This document shows, piece by piece, positions 1 through 8,475 of a stretch of 24,919 bases of DNA. Source of the stretch: a virus (Duplodnaviria > Caudoviricetes). The stretch lies in IMG/VR virus record IMGVR_UViG_3300030372_004366, positions 1 to 24,919 of that record; one strand, 5' to 3'. The position numbers and the translations under genes were made by a program. A model generated the notes under the pieces. The model was not told the origin of the DNA. It searched no databases and worked only from the letters and a program-made list of their open reading frames with translations. Position 1 is the stretch's first letter. The number at the start of each line of letters is the position of its first letter.

Positions 1-285
1 GATTGGGTAGAAGTGAAGACCAATTGCGTTAGATGACGGGACGATTGCTCCCGAGATGATGTTGTTTCCATAAAGCAAAGAGCCTGAGACTGGTTCGCGA
101 ATGCCGTCGATATCGACTGGCGGGGCAGCTATAAAAGCTATTATGAATGCGGTTGCTGCTGTGATTAAGCAAGGTATCATTAAGACACCAAACCACCCCA
201 CATAGAGGCGGTTATCAGTAGATGTAACCCAGTCGCAAAGCCTCTGCCAAGAATTTTTTTCTTGTACTAAGGTTGCTGTTGTCAT
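1..285 (-). CDS. psbA: Photosystem II D1 protein, 5' part (runs off the window)
   Basis: Manual translation from ATG at 285: [95 protein letters not shown], the D1 N-terminus. Not in the ORF track. Confidence 0.99.
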   Translation of the reverse strand, partial: MTTATLVQEKNSWQRLCDWVTSTDNRLYVGWFGVLMIPCLITAATAFIIAFIAAPPVDIDGIREPVSGSLLYGNNIISGAIVPSSNAIGLHFYPI

Positions 286-461
286 TAAAATATTCCTGGA
301 ATAATTTGACCAGTTGTTAAGTATGCTCCAAGAGCTGCAACAACGCCAAGCATTGCTACACGACCGTTTAGCTCTTCAGCTCCACGGAATAAAAAATTTT
401 GTTCTTCGTTATTCATTACTTCAATTGGGGGTTCTAAAGCGATTACTTCTGTATCGTTCAT
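285..461 (-). CDS. hli: High-light inducible protein (58 aa)
   Basis: Manual translation [58 protein letters not shown] has the AExxNGRxAMxG chlorophyll-binding motif and the TGQIIPGIF tail of phage-type HLIPs; its stop overlaps the psbA start (TAATG). Confidence 0.97.
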   Translation of the reverse strand: MNDTEVIALEPPIEVMNNEEQNFLFRGAEELNGRVAMLGVVAALGAYLTTGQIIPGIF

Positions 462-484
462 TAAAATTTTTGGGGTAAACTCTT

Positions 485-513
485 GAGGCGATGACGATCG
501 TTCGGGTCGCCTC
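485..513 (-). ncRNA. Stem-loop upstream of hli-psbA, probably a PhotoRC-II-type cis RNA
   Basis: Minus strand GAGGCGA-CCCGAACGATCGTCA-TCGCCTC: 7-bp stem about 25 nt before the hli ATG; position matches that described for PhotoRC RNA motifs. Family assignment is from memory. Confidence 0.6.
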
Positions 514-519
514 GCCTGT

Positions 520-672
520 TTACTTTTTCTTAGCTGTTTTTTTCGCCTGCTTAAAAGCCTTTGCTGTGGGTGCTCCTTTTGTTCCGGGGGATCTCATTTT
601 CTCACCCGAGCCAGCAGCAATACGCTTTTTCTTAGCATGGATGTTTGCGTAAAGTCCTTTCTTAGCTGCCAT
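520..672 (-). CDS. Small very basic protein (50 aa)
   Basis: MAAKKGLYANIHAKKKRIAAGSGEKMRSPGTKGAPTAKAFKQAKKTAKKK; start overlaps the stop of the upstream ORF (TAATG); fills the gap exactly. Confidence 0.85.
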   Translation of the reverse strand: MAAKKGLYANIHAKKKRIAAGSGEKMRSPGTKGAPTAKAFKQAKKTAKKK

Positions 673-746
673 TACTTTTTCTTTGTTGTTTTTTTAACTG
701 GAGGTCTACCAACCTTTGTTCCGTAAGTTCCTTTTCCTTTTGGCAT
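672..746 (-). CDS. Tiny basic peptide (24 aa) with GRPP motif
   Basis: MPKGKGTYGTKVGRPPVKKTTKKK; starts 2 nt after the scaffold stop and is coupled to the next ORF by TAATG. Confidence 0.75.
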   Translation of the reverse strand: MPKGKGTYGTKVGRPPVKKTTKKK

Positions 747-748
747 GA

Positions 749-1543
749 TTAAAAATTAATGTTTGAACGTTCTAATTTATTTATTAAGTCTTGTCTATAA
801 GCTGGATCTTTGTCGTAGCGTTCATCACTCATAGCTTTAACTACTTCAGCTTGTGATCTAAATACATCACCTGATGATGTAGGTGCTTTACCAGTTAACA
901 TCCTTCCTTCGTATCCATTAGCGTTGTCATATTTTGCTTTAATACCATCAACAGCTAATTGAATTAAATCGCTGGAACCAGACTCGATAAGTTTATTAAA
1001 AGAATCTCTTGATTCTTGTGTTGTGTTATTTGAATACCATTGAAGTATTTCACCATATTTCTCTTCTCCTCCAACTGACTTATATATGTTGTTAGTTTCT
1101 GTTTCAGTTAAATCAGATTTTGGTTCTGCTGATGTTTCATTAGCTTGAGCATACAATTCCATATATGTTTTAACTAACTCACTGCTATCAAGCTCTTTAA
1201 ATTTTTCTAGTGTTTCATTAGAAAGAGTTTGATTAGCTTCCCACTCTTTAGCAGCTTCAGCTAAGGATGATTGAATAGGTGATGTTTCAACCTCTTCCTC
1301 CTTAACTGTTTCTTGTTTTTCACTACTAGCTTCAGTCTCAGATTCATCCTTGCCTAACTTTTTCTGTAACTCAACATAAGCTTTTTCTAATTCTTGAGCA
1401 CTCTTATATTTACCAGCTAATAAATTTTCTTGCTCTTCTATTAATGCTTCACCAACTTTTAAACTATCTTGCTCTTCAGCATTTAAATTATCTTCAGTAG
1501 AAATAGTATCGGTACCAGCATCGTAGGTAAGTGTTTCTGCCAT
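749..1543 (-). CDS. Capsid assembly scaffolding protein (T7 gp9-like)
   Basis: Acidic protein with LAGKYKSAQELEKAY and C-terminal FRSQAEVVKAMSDERYDKDPAYR; directly follows portal. Confidence 0.93.
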   Translation of the reverse strand: MAETLTYDAGTDTISTEDNLNAEEQDSLKVGEALIEEQENLLAGKYKSAQELEKAYVELQKKLGKDESETEASSEKQETVKEEEVETSPIQSSLAEAAKEWEANQTLSNETLEKFKELDSSELVKTYMELYAQANETSAEPKSDLTETETNNIYKSVGGEEKYGEILQWYSNNTTQESRDSFNKLIESGSSDLIQLAVDGIKAKYDNANGYEGRMLTGKAPTSSGDVFRSQAEVVKAMSDERYDKDPAYRQDLINKLERSNINF

Positions 1544-1546
1544 GTT

Positions 1547-3118
1547 TTATTCTGTAGGTGGTTGTTCTTGTTCTTGTTCTGGTTGTTGCTCTTGCTGTGC
1601 AGCTGGATCAAGCATTTTGGAATTCATAATTTGACCAGCTTGCTCCATCAAAGCCATTTGACCAGCTTGTTCTTGTTGCTGTTGTGCCTCTTGTTGTAAC
1701 TGCTGTTCGGACTTAACTAAATTCAATACGTCAATACCTTGTGCAGCTGCAAGTCTTTTTATATATTCACTTGGATCAATAAATTTCATTAAAGCTTCTG
1801 GTCCCATTGTTTGTGCAATGATCTGTACAAACTGGGTAAGACTCTCTCGATCTTGTCCTCTACCTAATGCATTAACCCCAGCAACAATTTGAGGTCTAAC
1901 TAAATCTTTAGGTATCTTGTTTATTTGATTACTTCTTTGAAGTATGTGTAGTGTTCTATCTAAATAAGGAATTAAAAACTCTACAGTCAATAAGCTAAAT
2001 AAACCTCCTAACTGTTGTTCGAGTTCTAACTGTGTAAGGCGTACCTCTTCAGCCGTCGTACGTTCGCTTTGTCTTACATTTAATACAAGAAAAGCTTCAC
2101 TAATTCTTCGTTCAATTATTTGTGCTTGTTCAGCAGCCGTACGGAAATCTGCTGTCTTACCGACCTGAACCACTTGCACATCTTCTGCACGACCCTGAAC
2201 AATGGCTCCCGATCCAGCTTCTGCAATTTGCTTTGGCTTTGTTGTAGAGGATGGGCTAACAAGAAAGATAACTTTACTAGCTGCTGCTGCACCCTCCAAT
2301 AACGCACGACTTAAACCATCAAGTGAACGTAAATCTCCAAGAAACTCTTCGACTCTGCCACGTCCATAATCTTCACCATCGACCGTGGCTAGGCGTAATA
2401 CCAGCCAGGGGTTAGCATTTTTAGGTGCTGAGCTTTTAGAGTTAGGAATAATTTTATCGAAGACTTCCTGATGCCAATGCCATCTTCCGTTCTCTAGTTT
2501 CACACATGTATATACTTCACATTGTTTATCGTCAGCCGATTGATAGTCCCCTACAACAGTAGTCGGGTCGGGTACATCGACGTCGTATTCCAATAGTTTT
2601 TTACTAACAAGTTCCTTTGTGACAATCTCAATGACATTACCGTTTCCATCACGATTAACTACGTAACGGTTAAGGGGATAGTGTTTGAGACCATCTTTAC
2701 CCATAAAAATTAAAGCGTTACCAGATACGATGAGATGCTTTAAAGCTGTATTAAGAACTACACGGTCAGTAGAAGCATTGATGTAATCCATAACCATCCT
2801 TTCCATTTTTGAAAAGGAAAGATCTAATTCACTTCTAACCTCTGGTGGTATGTCTTCACCAAGCTTGTCGTCTCTTATCTGAAATTTAAAAAAAGTTGTT
2901 TGTGGAGGAAGTAAACTTAAACCAAGCTTTGCAGCTAAATTTAAGACACACTTGGCTCCTACACTTTGATACGGAGTGTGTAACTTTTTATAGTTAGGTC
3001 CGTTTGTATCGTCTTTAACTAATGAAGGGACAGTAAGTTCACTACATTCAACTGCTGTATCAAGGAACTGAGTACGTTGTTGGGTAAGTTGATTGTATCT
3101 TTCTTTAGCTGTGTTCAT
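1547..3118 (-). CDS. Portal / head-tail connector (T7 gp8-like)
   Basis: 523 aa; PYQSVGAK, GEDYGRGRVEEFLGDL, ERTTAEEVR, ALGRGQD motifs typical of T7-like portals. Confidence 0.97.
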   Translation of the reverse strand: MNTAKERYNQLTQQRTQFLDTAVECSELTVPSLVKDDTNGPNYKKLHTPYQSVGAKCVLNLAAKLGLSLLPPQTTFFKFQIRDDKLGEDIPPEVRSELDLSFSKMERMVMDYINASTDRVVLNTALKHLIVSGNALIFMGKDGLKHYPLNRYVVNRDGNGNVIEIVTKELVSKKLLEYDVDVPDPTTVVGDYQSADDKQCEVYTCVKLENGRWHWHQEVFDKIIPNSKSSAPKNANPWLVLRLATVDGEDYGRGRVEEFLGDLRSLDGLSRALLEGAAAASKVIFLVSPSSTTKPKQIAEAGSGAIVQGRAEDVQVVQVGKTADFRTAAEQAQIIERRISEAFLVLNVRQSERTTAEEVRLTQLELEQQLGGLFSLLTVEFLIPYLDRTLHILQRSNQINKIPKDLVRPQIVAGVNALGRGQDRESLTQFVQIIAQTMGPEALMKFIDPSEYIKRLAAAQGIDVLNLVKSEQQLQQEAQQQQEQAGQMALMEQAGQIMNSKMLDPAAQQEQQPEQEQEQPPTE

Positions 3119-3507
3119 TATCTTGTCTCAGTTGGAGGTGCATATAAACCACCGATATTTACACCCGATGGGTTCGTTTCTGGTGGTGTAGTTAAACCGA
3201 CATACTTAGGATCTTCACTTATAATGGCGTTTAACTGACTTAAGCCTAATTGTTTCCTATTACGCGAAGTATTTTGAGCATCACTTTTTTCTAATTTAGC
3301 TGCCTCTTTTTTGTCGTCCTCTTCAGGGACTTCAGCTGCTTGTTGAACTTGTTTTCTAGCTACTCCAGGTGCATTAGTAGGTTGCTCAGGAGCTCGGTTG
3401 TCAGCTGGATCATTAAATTGATCTTGTATTGTGTCATATGCGGTTTTACCTGCAGCAATTAAAGTCACAAGTTTTGTGATGGCAGGTATTGTTACTGGTG
3501 TACACAT
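3118..3507 (-). CDS. Hypothetical protein, possible small virion protein (position of T7 gp6.7/7.3)
   Basis: 129-aa ORF coupled to both neighbours by TAATG overlaps; MC- start and position before portal. Function inferred from position only. Confidence 0.65.
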   Translation of the reverse strand: MCTPVTIPAITKLVTLIAAGKTAYDTIQDQFNDPADNRAPEQPTNAPGVARKQVQQAAEVPEEDDKKEAAKLEKSDAQNTSRNRKQLGLSQLNAIISEDPKYVGLTTPPETNPSGVNIGGLYAPPTETR

Positions 3508-3698
3508 TAAATTTCTTCCTCCATAATTGATCTTATATATTCAATAACACTGGCTTGACCAGCTCTGTACATAATTGTGTTGATATCTTCTGTTGGGTGA
3601 ATTGGTTTCCAACCAAAGTTTTTTTCAAGTTTATCTACAAGCTTGTCTAACCTTTCGTTATGAAGCTTAAGAGTATTGAGGGAGATTGGTGTTTGCAT
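3507..3698 (-). CDS. Conserved cyanopodovirus hypothetical protein (63 aa)
   Basis: Likely start MQTPISLNTL at 3698; IMYRAGQASVIEYI motif recalled from the small gene between RNR and portal in related phages. Confidence 0.75.
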   Translation of the reverse strand: MQTPISLNTLKLHNERLDKLVDKLEKNFGWKPIHPTEDINTIMYRAGQASVIEYIRSIMEEEI

Positions 3699-4386
3699 GT
3701 TCAAAAAAGGCGGGCATTCTAGCTCGCTTAGTCTCATTAAATTCTGGGGCTTTGCCTTCGTACATCAAGCGATCACTAGCATCCAACCAAAATTTTTTGT
3801 CCAAATATTTATCGTTAGTGTTTACTTTTAAGGGTTGTAGTACCCAATTAATTGTGGCTTTCCTAAGTTTATCCAAAGATTGACTACTGCTAAGACCCAT
3901 ATGAGCACATACGAGACTATTAGTGGCAACATGGATTTGCTCATCTCTGGAAATATCAGCTGATATCGTTCTAAGACCAGCATCACCACAAAACCTAAAG
4001 AAAGGGAGTAAAACAAAGAATATTGCACGCTCAGCTACCAAGGCTTTTGTAATTGTGTGATCGGGGTGTTCCTCCCAAGCAGTGCGGAGACGTATTGCCT
4101 CTGCCTCTGCTTGTTCATCAACTCCCAATGCATTGACCGCATACCCTAGAGCAATGTCATGGTTTATCTCATCCTTAACATTGGACTCCAAAAGCTTGCG
4201 TGCATCAGCAGGTACATCTTTCTCAAGAGCGTCGGTGATAAAATTCCCAACTGGTAACTCCATGTGACGTATAGCCAGAGCACGGTAGATGGTTTCTTCA
4301 GCTCCCTCTTTAAGTGTTCCTCCTGTTGTTTGGACAGGTGTCCATTTTCTCTTTCGAGATAGTAATTTTTCATATGGGTTTTTCAT
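3667..4386 (-). CDS. nrdB: Ribonucleotide reductase small (beta, ferritin-like) subunit
   Basis: Dimetal ligand pattern E(MELP), DEINH, E(VAER), DEQIH; ATGA-coupled to the RNR large subunit; start MKNPY at 4386. Confidence 0.85.
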   Translation of the reverse strand: MKNPYEKLLSRKRKWTPVQTTGGTLKEGAEETIYRALAIRHMELPVGNFITDALEKDVPADARKLLESNVKDEINHDIALGYAVNALGVDEQAEAEAIRLRTAWEEHPDHTITKALVAERAIFFVLLPFFRFCGDAGLRTISADISRDEQIHVATNSLVCAHMGLSSSQSLDKLRKATINWVLQPLKVNTNDKYLDKKFWLDASDRLMYEGKAPEFNETKRARMPAFFEHANTNLPQYS

Positions 4387-5753
4387 TCTTGACAATCGCA
4401 TGTAACGGGTTCGAGTATTCCCGCTAAATAATCTTCGACTTCATTCTCATCTAATGCTGCATATGCACTTGATTTATCCTGAACGTCTCCCATTACTTGC
4501 AGGGAATAATAAAGAGAAGTTTGGGGGCTATCCAGCCACTCTTCCACGAACGCATTGTCGTAGGTTACAACGTCACTCCAAGAGTTAAAGCTGTATCCAT
4601 GAAGAAGCCCTGTGTGTCTAAACATTGCAACTAAATTGTCGGCTACTTTTTTATAAGCATCCCAACCTACTTCGCTTGCAATTTCCACATCACCATAATC
4701 GTAATGTTGTACACCAAAAGTTCCGCTATCTCTATCTACTGCACGTGCAATAGGCGGAGCAATTTCTGGAGCACATGTATGTCCATCTCTATCTGTACTT
4801 CTATATGAACATGATGCAGTAGGAGCTATTGCAAATGCTCTATCCATATCATGTAAACGAGCCATGTCTGCAGCTCTATTTATTGCTTTATAAAATTCAC
4901 CAGCAACTATACCAGCTTTACCCAGTCCAGGGATGCCATCCATAACTGCTTCTAATGCATCACCAAATTGTTGATAGGTAATGTTTTCTTGTTTTAAAAA
5001 GTTTGCTAGTCCAAGAACCCCGAGCCCAACTTGACGATCCGTTTCGGGTGAGAGGTATTCTCCCGACACATTAACGCCTGTTCTGCCATGAAGTTCGCAC
5101 AAATTCCGCATACCTTCAGAGAAAGCATCGCACAAGTCTCCGATTTTACAGGCACCAAGATTGACGTGCTGGAGGAGGCATGTGCCTCGTGAGGGCAGAT
5201 ATACTTCGAGACAAACATTTCCTCTGATACGTTTTCCATTTTGATCGTGTTTTATTTTGTTAAGCCAAATGTCTCCACTTTTAATTCCGTAGAGGATGGC
5301 GGATTTAATTTCTTCAGTTGCTTCTTGCCAGCCCCTTTTATCAAGGTTGACGCAGCGTTTAACCCAAGGAAGTTCACTACGATTGGTCGTAACGAAATCC
5401 ATAATATCGGGATGTGTAATATCAAGATGAAGGACACAAGCACCGTTTTTGTAGTGCCCTCCACGGCGAATAATTTCATTTAATGTACTGTAAATTTTTC
5501 CGAACGAGACAGGTCCGCTGGCTGTAAGCCCTTTTCCATTTTCTGTTCCCTTTGGACGCAGTTTAGAAAGATGTACAGCGACCCCGGCTCCGTATCGCAA
5601 AGCGTGTGAAACGAATCTCCAACTTGCTTCGATTCCATTTGGTCCCTCCATTGAGTCTTCTACAACGAAAACTGTGCATGACACTGGAAGACGTGATTCA
5701 GGATCATCAATCCAGTTTTGAACTCTTCCTGTACGAGATATAAAATTGCTCAT
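4383..5753 (-). CDS. nrdA: Ribonucleotide reductase large (alpha) subunit, minimal cyanopodovirus type
   Basis: PVSCTVF, GNVCLEV (N-x-C-x-E), GTCLL, AIAPTASCS, SLYY tyrosine pair and C-terminal CDC. Confidence 0.93.
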   Translation of the reverse strand: MSNFISRTGRVQNWIDDPESRLPVSCTVFVVEDSMEGPNGIEASWRFVSHALRYGAGVAVHLSKLRPKGTENGKGLTASGPVSFGKIYSTLNEIIRRGGHYKNGACVLHLDITHPDIMDFVTTNRSELPWVKRCVNLDKRGWQEATEEIKSAILYGIKSGDIWLNKIKHDQNGKRIRGNVCLEVYLPSRGTCLLQHVNLGACKIGDLCDAFSEGMRNLCELHGRTGVNVSGEYLSPETDRQVGLGVLGLANFLKQENITYQQFGDALEAVMDGIPGLGKAGIVAGEFYKAINRAADMARLHDMDRAFAIAPTASCSYRSTDRDGHTCAPEIAPPIARAVDRDSGTFGVQHYDYGDVEIASEVGWDAYKKVADNLVAMFRHTGLLHGYSFNSWSDVVTYDNAFVEEWLDSPQTSLYYSLQVMGDVQDKSSAYAALDENEVEDYLAGILEPVTCDCQE

Positions 5754-6130
5754 TATTTAACTAAATCGGTAAGTGTTGGTGGGTGATAGTTTTTACCTTT
5801 TAATATCTTTCCGTCTTCTCTTCGTTCTGGTTGTCCGTTATCTCCTAGCTTTGACATGTTGCTTTCATGCACACGACGACAAGCTTCATCTAAATCCCAC
5901 TCCATATTTGCAGCATATTGATAACAGACATAAACAAGATCAGCTAATTCTTTTAAAGCTTCAGCATGTAAAACATAATTATCCCTATAAATATGTTGCT
6001 CAGCATCGATAAACTCTGAATATTCTTCATCTATCAAACGCTTCTGCATATTTCGCTGCCTCAAGCTCCGGGAGTTGGTGACCTGATATGCGTTTCTGAA
6101 CTCTTTCGCTTGTTCTAAATTCGATTTCAT
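5753..6130 (-). CDS. MazG-like / all-alpha NTP pyrophosphohydrolase
   Basis: LIDEEYSEF...LKELADLVYVCY...VHESNMSKL...RREDGKILKG pattern of the phage MazG/PRA-PH-like family. Confidence 0.88.
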   Translation of the reverse strand: MKSNLEQAKEFRNAYQVTNSRSLRQRNMQKRLIDEEYSEFIDAEQHIYRDNYVLHAEALKELADLVYVCYQYAANMEWDLDEACRRVHESNMSKLGDNGQPERREDGKILKGKNYHPPTLTDLVK

Positions 6131-6329
6131 TTTGTAAGTAGTGGATGGCTTTTTGTAAATCGTCTATACCTGTATCTTGTGTTAAACCATTGGTTTTATA
6201 ACCAGCTCTTGAAACATATTTAATTACGTTTCCGAGGTGGAAGTTGAGTCCTTGATCTCTAATAAAATCCCATACTTGCGTTTTCCCTCTGCGGTAGTAG
6301 CTGGGTCCGCTATCGTTACTTTTGGCCAT
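6027..6329 (-). CDS. DUF3310 family protein (related to T7 gp1.7 nucleotide kinase)
   Basis: PSYY...WDFI...FHLGNVIKYVSRAGYK...DLQKAIHYL signature. Confidence 0.88.
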   Translation of the reverse strand: MAKSNDSGPSYYRRGKTQVWDFIRDQGLNFHLGNVIKYVSRAGYKTNGLTQDTGIDDLQKAIHYLQNEIEFRTSERVQKRISGHQLPELEAAKYAEAFDR

Positions 6330-6538
6330 TGTTTAATTAAATTCATTACAGAGTTAGCAAGTACAAAATTTTGTTTTTGTAATGCTAAGAAGACTGTTTT
6401 TATGTCTTCTATTTCTACATCAGGATTATTTAAAGCAAGTTCTATTTGCCTCATCTTGAAATCTTGTTCAGTCGTTAACTTCGTAATCGGCTGGGGGATC
6501 CCAGAGTATAGGTTGTTTTTTTTCTTGGTCATAATCAT
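6224..6538 (-). CDS. nblA: NblA-like phycobilisome degradation adaptor (start 6538 or 6532)
   Basis: Core PITKLTTEQDFKMRQIELAL...IEDIKTVFLALQKQNFVLANSVMNLIKQW fits the NblA pattern L(S/T)xEQxFxxR...Q...N...L..W; lies between exonuclease and DUF3310. Confidence 0.72.
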   Translation of the reverse strand: MIMTKKKNNLYSGIPQPITKLTTEQDFKMRQIELALNNPDVEIEDIKTVFLALQKQNFVLANSVMNLIKQWPKVTIADPATTAEGKRKYGILLEIKDSTSTSET

Positions 6539-7205
6539 CCCATGTGAGAATTTTTGCTAGTCGTGCATTTTGTAAAGCACTTTCTTCCGACAAATCTTTA
6601 TCGGTAAACATTTTGACTAGGGTTTTATAGCTGTACCCATGCTCTTCAAATAATCCGGTTGCTCGTTTGACCCCAATACCAGGGACACCAGAGTAACCAT
6701 CAGTATTATCTCCAGCAGCAGCTTGGATTAAATGCCATTTAGCACCTGCAGATTGTGTGATTGTGAAAGATTGATCGAAGTTATATAACTGCCCAGGTAT
6801 TTGTTTCATGTCTTTATCAGGACTAACAATAATATTTCCTGGGTGACGAGTAGCAAAAATACCAAGAGCGTCATCAGCTTCTAATGTATCCATCACTATT
6901 ACGCGATACTCAGTCTTGAGTTTCTCTATCACACGTTTATAACCGCACGGCTTTTTTCTATTTCGATGACCTTTGTAATCGGCTTTAATTTTTTTCCGAA
7001 AATTATTAGGACTACTAAAGAATAAAATCATTTCATCAAATGATCCGTATTCTCGTTCAATTTTTTTCAGCTCTCGTTTAACGCAAGCATAAGCCTCGCT
7101 AAATTTAGATGTAACTACAATTACATCATCGCCAAAATCAATTTCATCTTCTGAAGCTGCACAACATTTATAAACGATAAAATCTGCATCTATTAATAAT
7201 TTCAT
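6468..7205 (-). CDS. 5'-3' exonuclease (T7 gp6-like)
   Basis: Start MKLLIDADF at 7205; YKGHRNRKKP, LEADD, SPDKDM, GDNTDGYSGVPGIG motifs. Confidence 0.95.
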   Translation of the reverse strand: MKLLIDADFIVYKCCAASEDEIDFGDDVIVVTSKFSEAYACVKRELKKIEREYGSFDEMILFFSSPNNFRKKIKADYKGHRNRKKPCGYKRVIEKLKTEYRVIVMDTLEADDALGIFATRHPGNIIVSPDKDMKQIPGQLYNFDQSFTITQSAGAKWHLIQAAAGDNTDGYSGVPGIGVKRATGLFEEHGYSYKTLVKMFTDKDLSEESALQNARLAKILTWDDYDQEKKQPILWDPPADYEVND

Positions 7206-7212
7206 GTGGTGG

Positions 7213-8475
7213 TTAGTGTACGTCAGCCCACGTCTGCCCCTGTTGAGCTTCAGCTTCAATAGGTATGCGTAGGTTGTAATATTCCCCTCCTTCTTTTGCA
7301 CTCAGCTCCAACAAGAAAGCTAAGTCTTTAGCATCTTGCGGTAAACATTCAAACTGCAATTCATCATGGATAAATGCTAGTTGATGTGCTGATTTTGGTA
7401 AGTTTTGGTTAGCAATGTATAGCCAACGTTTTGCAATTACACCCGCTGATCCCTGCAATAAAAAATTTAAACTTTTATGTGGGCTATCAACAAGTAATTT
7501 ACGTCCATCTATAGCTCGTACAAAGCCTCTCTCACCCGCCTTCTTAATTGCCTTAAGGAGTTCTGATAGCCCGTCAATAGCATCGACATAGGCTTTACGA
7601 ACTTCCTTACCTTTTTTCTTAGCTTCATTTTCTGATAACTGTTTATCTACTGAAAGACCAATTTTCTGATCTCCAGCCCCATATAAAAATGCGTAAGTTA
7701 CAGTCTTTACGGCACGCCTGGAGATACCAATTTTATCGGCGTTGACTTGGTGAATGTCCCCTGTAAGGAGGATTTCGGCATAACGTCCTTGATCGTATCG
7801 GGCAAGGTAATGTGCGAGCATCCGTAGCTCAATACCGCTAAGATCGGCACCGACCAATACATGATTTGGGCTCGCAGTAAATAGTTTTCTACATTCTTCA
7901 TCGGCTGGTACTTGTGCAAGGTTTGGGCGTCGATGACAACATCGATGGGTGGCTGCGGCAACTGAACAGTGATGATGAATACGGCTATACGTCGTACTCA
8001 ACTTGTTCCATGAGTTCACGCCTTCGGAGATCATCCCAAGCTTCTTTGTCAGTTCTAAATATCGGGCGGAGAGCTTCGAGAATTTCGTGTTTATCTCGTT
8101 CAGAATAACTTCGTCGATAACTGGTTTCCCAGTCATCGTCCGCTGCGTCAACTTCAGTGAGTGTTTGGTTTCTAATATCCATGCAATGTGATCCCTAGAT
8201 GAAGGGTTAAATTCTTTGAGACGTGTAAATGTAGCTCCTTTTATATAGCCACTTGTTTTGTTATCTCGTTTAGGAGTGAATTCCGATCCGGCAACGAAAG
8301 GGTTCCGTTCTCGAAGTATCCTATTAATTTCTTCCAATTCGTTTCTGAGATCCGATTCAAGTTTCCGTGAAGCGACCTCATCAAAATACCATCCATGAGC
8401 CTCCTGTTCAGTTAAGATTTTTGCGACTTCATGCTCTAGCGAGCACCAGTCAGGTAAGGGTGGAAGTGCTTGCAT
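7213..8475 (-). CDS. Family A DNA polymerase, polymerase domain (C-terminal part of split T7 gp5-like gene)
   Basis: Motif A DLSGIELR, motif B RRAVKTVTYAFLYG (Tyr at the E. coli 762-equivalent position, as in T7), motif C FIHDELQ. Nearest in-frame ATG at 8475 (MQALPPLPDW); may instead be reached by frameshift. Confidence 0.93.
   Translation of the reverse strand: MQALPPLPDWCSLEHEVAKILTEQEAHGWYFDEVASRKLESDLRNELEEINRILRERNPFVAGSEFTPKRDNKTSGYIKGATFTRLKEFNPSSRDHIAWILETKHSLKLTQRTMTGKPVIDEVILNEINTKFSKLSARYLELTKKLGMISEGVNSWNKLSTTYSRIHHHCSVAAATHRCCHRRPNLAQVPADEECRKLFTASPNHVLVGADLSGIELRMLAHYLARYDQGRYAEILLTGDIHQVNADKIGISRRAVKTVTYAFLYGAGDQKIGLSVDKQLSENEAKKKGKEVRKAYVDAIDGLSELLKAIKKAGERGFVRAIDGRKLLVDSPHKSLNFLLQGSAGVIAKRWLYIANQNLPKSAHQLAFIHDELQFECLPQDAKDLAFLLELSAKEGGEYYNLRIPIEAEAQQGQTWADVH

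Noticed and set aside
4383-5753. Class II (B12-dependent) RNR call
   Set aside because: YY pair and a coupled ferritin-like subunit favour class I.
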